Of a stretch of DNA of 64,000 bases, positions 59,181-64,000 are shown piece by piece. This stretch comes from Mobula hypostoma. Lineage: Eukaryota. A program made the translations under genes and the position numbers. A model generated the notes under the pieces. It made no database searches. It was not told the origin of the DNA and worked only from the letters and a program-made list of their open reading frames with translations. The DNA lies in assembly GCF_963921235.1 (NCBI RefSeq), contig NC_086109.1:36396001-36460000 (forward strand), read 5' to 3'. Within the stretch, counting starts at the first letter, position 1; each line of letters begins with the position of its first letter.

Positions 59181-62100
59181 CTTCTTTCTTATTTTCTAAT
59201 GTGCAAATACACATTGGTTAGATTTGGTTGACACCCTACTAACTACAATAGCAAATTATTAGTCTTTTAAAATAGTCTGTTAGTTGTATTCTACCAAAAT
59301 GAACTAACAGGGTGCATGGATTTTGCGAATCATGCTTTCCACAGTAAAACTGAGACCTAAATTCTTTAACTCTTAAGCGTTGTGACAGTTTCAATATCCA
59401 TGGATAGCTGCTATCCTTTGGAAAATGAGGTGCCGCTTGAGTAGAATAATAGTAGGTGTGAGGAAGTAAATTCCACAAGGGTCAATGAGAGGTAAAGGGA
59501 ACCTGGAATTATGAAGCCATCTTTATTGAGGCCAGAAGGACAATACTGCTGCCAATTGTGACACCTAAAGGTTTGTAATCCAGATACACATATACATCTT
59601 CCTTACTTTTAACCTGGATGATGCAGGGTACACAGAAAAATGAAAAAAAAATAGGACATGTAAGGCTAATAGAAGATGTGCAACTTGTTCATTTAAACCT
59701 CAGCATCTGAGGAAGAAACTATGGTTCCTGCCCACCAATCATCTGAGAATTCACGAAAGCAGCCTTAATCCCAAAAGTGCTCCCAAAAGAAGGAGATATC
59801 TTCTAACCTCCTGTATGTGATAACATCCTGCCACATCTTTATAGCAGTACTTCATGATGAAATTCCATTTATGTACCCGAATGAAAAATAGGTGCAAACC
59901 TAGTATTTGTAACAAGACAAAAGGGAAAATGCATCGACAATTACCATTTCCCTTTGGGCCCTAAATGTGAATGTCACAATATAAAAGGAAACATCTAATT
60001 TCATGATTTGATGTCTGAATCTATTGAGGAGGTTAGAAGTTTATTAATATAGCTGGAGTCTTCCAATCTGTTAAAACCGGCAAACATATCAAAGACAGTT
60101 GCTTTGCCACTGAGCAGAGAATTGGGGAAAAAGCAAAATTATTTCAAGGTATGAGACTGAGAATAAAGCAAAAAAAATTGACATAAGAGAAAATTTTAGC
60201 AATTTGCATATTGCATTTTCTTCTCTGTAGTTATCATTTCACTGTAGGCAAAGCTGGTGAAGAAACCTTAGATTATCTGCTGTGCACTGAGATGACAATC
60301 GATATAATCATTTTAAGTAATCTCCAAGAATTATCTACCTTGAAATCAATGCCAGCACTGCTCGTCTAGATTAGCTATAGCTGCTGTCACAGTTCCTAAC
60401 CATCAAATGATCTTCACATCCTGTACAATTTATTGACCTTTGAAGACTTGTCAGAACTTTTTAAATGAAAAAAAAGTCCAAATTAATTTCCTCAAATTAA
60501 TTCAGTAGAAGCTAAAGAATATAGTAAATCTTGAGAAGTCAAACTGTATCATTATTGGTGGCTAGCTTCCTTGGAAGGTCTGGTTCAAATGCAGGAATAA
60601 TTATAAAGGTTTCACTGTTCTGTTACTTTGTGAACAGTGTAATCTGCTCTCATTCCATCAAAATATCTTCTTTTAGAAGAGCTTCAAATAAAATTTTGTT
60701 CTAGCCCAATTTTTCTGAAACCCTTATTCAGTTTATTTAAAATATTAAATGATCTTCATTTAGAATGGCTAATTTGAAAAAAATTAAAAATATTATGACA
60801 TAAAATCAAGGGAGATTTGGCTACCAAGCTTTTGCTTCGTTTTATTTATGTACTGTCTGTGTTTACATATATACTGAAAAAGTAAGTTCATTTGATGGCC
60901 AATTTCCTCCCATCAATAATGCAATAAAGAAGATATGTTTTATAACATTGTGGTCATATCACAAACACTATTACTGATGCAAGCATTTTACTATTCTAAA
61001 TTTAGTTAATTATCTCTGTTTAGATTGTTTTAGAAAGCATAAAAAATTGATTATTTGTTCTTCGGATTCTTCATCTTCAGACATAACTAAATCATGAAAA
61101 TCTGCTTGAGCCAGCATTCTACAGAAATCCTATTGGATAATGATGCAGTTCCAAAATTAAAGCTTGATGTGCTAACACTTGTGTTAGAAAGTGCATTGGA
61201 CAGGATCTTATTGCAGTGGTTTGTGCACACATAGACAAGGGCTGCCAGATGAAGGCAGATTTCAATATCAATGTTGCCTGTTTGGAACTTCACACATCAG
61301 CTGAGGGATGCTCTCTGTTTGCTTAGTGGAACTGGCACGAGAAACTTCCTTCTTTCACACCTTCCACTGAAAGAGCAATTTCCTGCAGGCTTGTTACTAG
61401 GTTATACATTTATACACCTTCTTGGATCGTTCTATTAGGTCAAAAGTTTCAATATTCTTGAGGAGTTAGTCTTCAGTCCTGAGAAGAAGTGGAAGCATCA
61501 GCACAGATTCAAATGGTGAAATTTACAGTGGAGTTCATCTTCAAAAGATCAATGACCTCGGATGAAGAGTTGTCATGGATGGCCTGCAGTACAGATAAAT
61601 AGTTTGCAAAACATAGTCTTGATAATTCATGCTCTTGGCTCTTTCTTCAGGTACCCTGCCTAATTTGTGGTTCTAACAATCTTCCCAGTTTTAAGGGTGT
61701 GCATAAAAGGACTCTTGATTTGCAGTATTGTTTGAAAGGATTATAGAATTTAATATGGTATGCTTTCATATTAATAGTTTATTTACCCGGGTGTGCATTC
61801 AACATTTCTTGACACTTCAATATGACAGCCCTGTTCCATAAGGTATGAATTACAAAACTCTATTACTAAAGGTTTTATTGGTTCCATATAAAGCTCAAAA
61901 TGATTCATAGATTGTGCAGTGAACTGTCTAAAAATGTAGTTGAAAACAACTTCCCCATAATCAACTTTCTATTGGCTCACTGTTTCATATATATAATTAA
62001 AACCTTAATTAATTTTAAGAAAATTCACTTTATTTTATCCAATTGTATTTTACTTTCATTGTGTGAACTGGAAAACAGACTATTTTGGTGTCTCTCTCAG

Positions 62101-62859
62101 ATGTTTTTGTATATGCTAGGATAAAAGAAATTCCATATACGTAAACTACTTTGTCACAGAAAATATGCAGCATAATAAGTAATATGAACCCAATGAACTT
62201 TAGCAATTATCATTGGAAATTACAATCAATATTAATTAAGAAGTAAATAAATCTATGTTGTTTATCTATACTTAATTGTTTTAAAACAACCCTTGAGTAA
62301 CCCTTAACCCTTTGTTTTTTGTTTAAAGAAGTAGCCACTGAAATGACTCAGCACATTCAAAATATATTTTGATCCTGCCATGGCAAATATGGGGAAAATT
62401 TAATTCAAAAGCATTTCCCCTGTGAGGGTATGGAATTGCTTTGGAGCTTCACATGGAAATCTGATGATAGGACTGAAATTTGCAATTTCATTTTGGTTGA
62501 ACTAATTCATTTTGATTCTCAGGTTCTAGGACTCTTTTTCAACGCATTAGATGTGAGGCACACAAAGTGATTTCAGATATATTAAACTGGACAGTATACA
62601 AATGCAAATTCGAGCCTTTAAAGGTTAGTGCCAATCACAGAGCAATAGACACAGTCAGATCTAATACTGCCTCTCTGTTGTTACAGCTGGGTTCTGTCAT
62701 GAGGATGTGGCAAGACGTTCCTTCCCTCAGCTATAGGGAAAGAAACTTTCAGCTATCACCACATATGCATAGATAGATGTGGCTAAATAACAGAGATTTG
62801 TAAAGTATTTTACCAGGGAGATGTAATGTAGGAAATTGTTTAATGGACTAATCAAAAAG

Positions 62860-63275
62860 CTGGTTATTGACTTCAGGGAGCAGATGCAGTATCAACGGCA
62901 CCAAGATGGGCATGGTTAAGAGCTTCAAGTCCCTAGGTGTAAACATCAACAATTTGTTTTGGTATAGTCACATGGGTGTTATGGCCAAGAAAGCAACCAG
63001 CGCCTCTACTTCCTCAGAAAGTAAAGCAAGTCCCCAATCATTCCCACCAATTTTTACAGAGGCATTGCACTAAACATTCTATCTCAATAAATAACAGCTT
63101 GGTAGTGCAACTGCTCTTCCCAAGACCACAATGATACTCCAGAGAATTGTGACTATAGCCCAATCCATCACTGAAAACACTGAAAACAGTCAGCTCTCTA
63201 TTCTCTTTCTCAACTTGCTGCTATCTCTGGATAGCAGTCAGCATAATTAAGGGCCCCTCCCAACCTAATCATGAC
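62860..63275 (+). mobile_element. Rex1/Babar-type LINE fragment, degenerate
   Basis: INGTKMGMVKSFKSLGVNI...W.SH...AKKA. Confidence 0.65.
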
Positions 63276-64000
63276 TTAATTCAGTCTCTACTAATATTTA
63301 TAATTATATGAAAATGTTTTATAATTGTTTCAGCAGTCATACATTCTTTATTCCTTCAAAATCCTTAAAGATAGTGATGTCTCATTTAACTGTTGATAAT
63401 TATAAAAAGATTAAATATATACCTAAGAGGGAACTCTGGAGGGCAAAGAGAGAGAGCAGAGGATAGATCTGGCAGGTAAGGTTAAGGAAACTCTCAGGAG
63501 GTTCTGTAGTTATATTAAAAGTAAAAGGATAGCTAGGGAGAGAGTAGGTCATCGTGGAGTTCAACAGGGTGGCCTGTGTCATGAGATGGGTGGGATTTTT
63601 AATGATGCCGATATTTTATGAAATACACCTGATGGCCCTTGTTCTGATCCTGACCCTTTGAAATCCTCCAATGCACATCCATTTTTGAATATTTTCCAAA
63701 GGGAACTCAGATATCCAACTGCAAAACATGACTGGACAATAACAAGTTCAATTACACATCTCATCTGCTGTTCTGCCCTGCCTGTCTCCCTAAGGGAAAC
63801 AAAGATACTCAAAATAAATTTGGAATAAACTTGATCTGAAATCACAGATATCTTACAGCAGCTTACTGAAGGTACTATTAGCATGATCTGAATAACTCTT
63901 TATCCAATTGTGAAATCCTGACTTCCCCAACTAAACTTTCAATGAGCCAAAGAACCTTTATTAGGCCTGACAGTGGATGCATTTGAGCTGGGTTATGCCC

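Overview
Repeat-dense eukaryotic DNA. The repeat mix (CR1 LINEs with ATAG/CTAT-type tails, Rex1/Babar, Penelope palindromes, V-SINE-like elements) suggests a cartilaginous fish, probably a ray or shark (inference). No intact host gene could be recognised, and most of the window is nested transposons. All family and gene assignments are by-eye recognition from memory; no searches were run. Highlights: (1) A 2.3-kb Gypsy LTR element (42121-44458, 5-bp TSD) has lost RT and RNase H. In their place are host-gene coding fragments in the protease reading frame: Rabaptin-5 (RABEP1) coiled coil, a SH3KBP1/CIN85 C-terminal coiled coil inserted inside it, resumed RABEP1, then the integrase tail. (2) A very young Gmr1-like element (33866-38714, LTRs identical by eye, tRNA-Pro PBS) has one 962-aa ORF with intact Gag-SCAN-protease fused to catalytically gutted IN/RT/RH. 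Its LTR carries a second tRNA-Pro-complementary site. (3) An old ERV remnant combines ERV-L-like Gag with an env TM ectodomain (1-2499). (4) Two copies of a bipartite Rex1-derived element share the same deletion junction. (5) A CR1 > hAT > (L1 + solo LTR) nest spans 13.4-21.4 kb.
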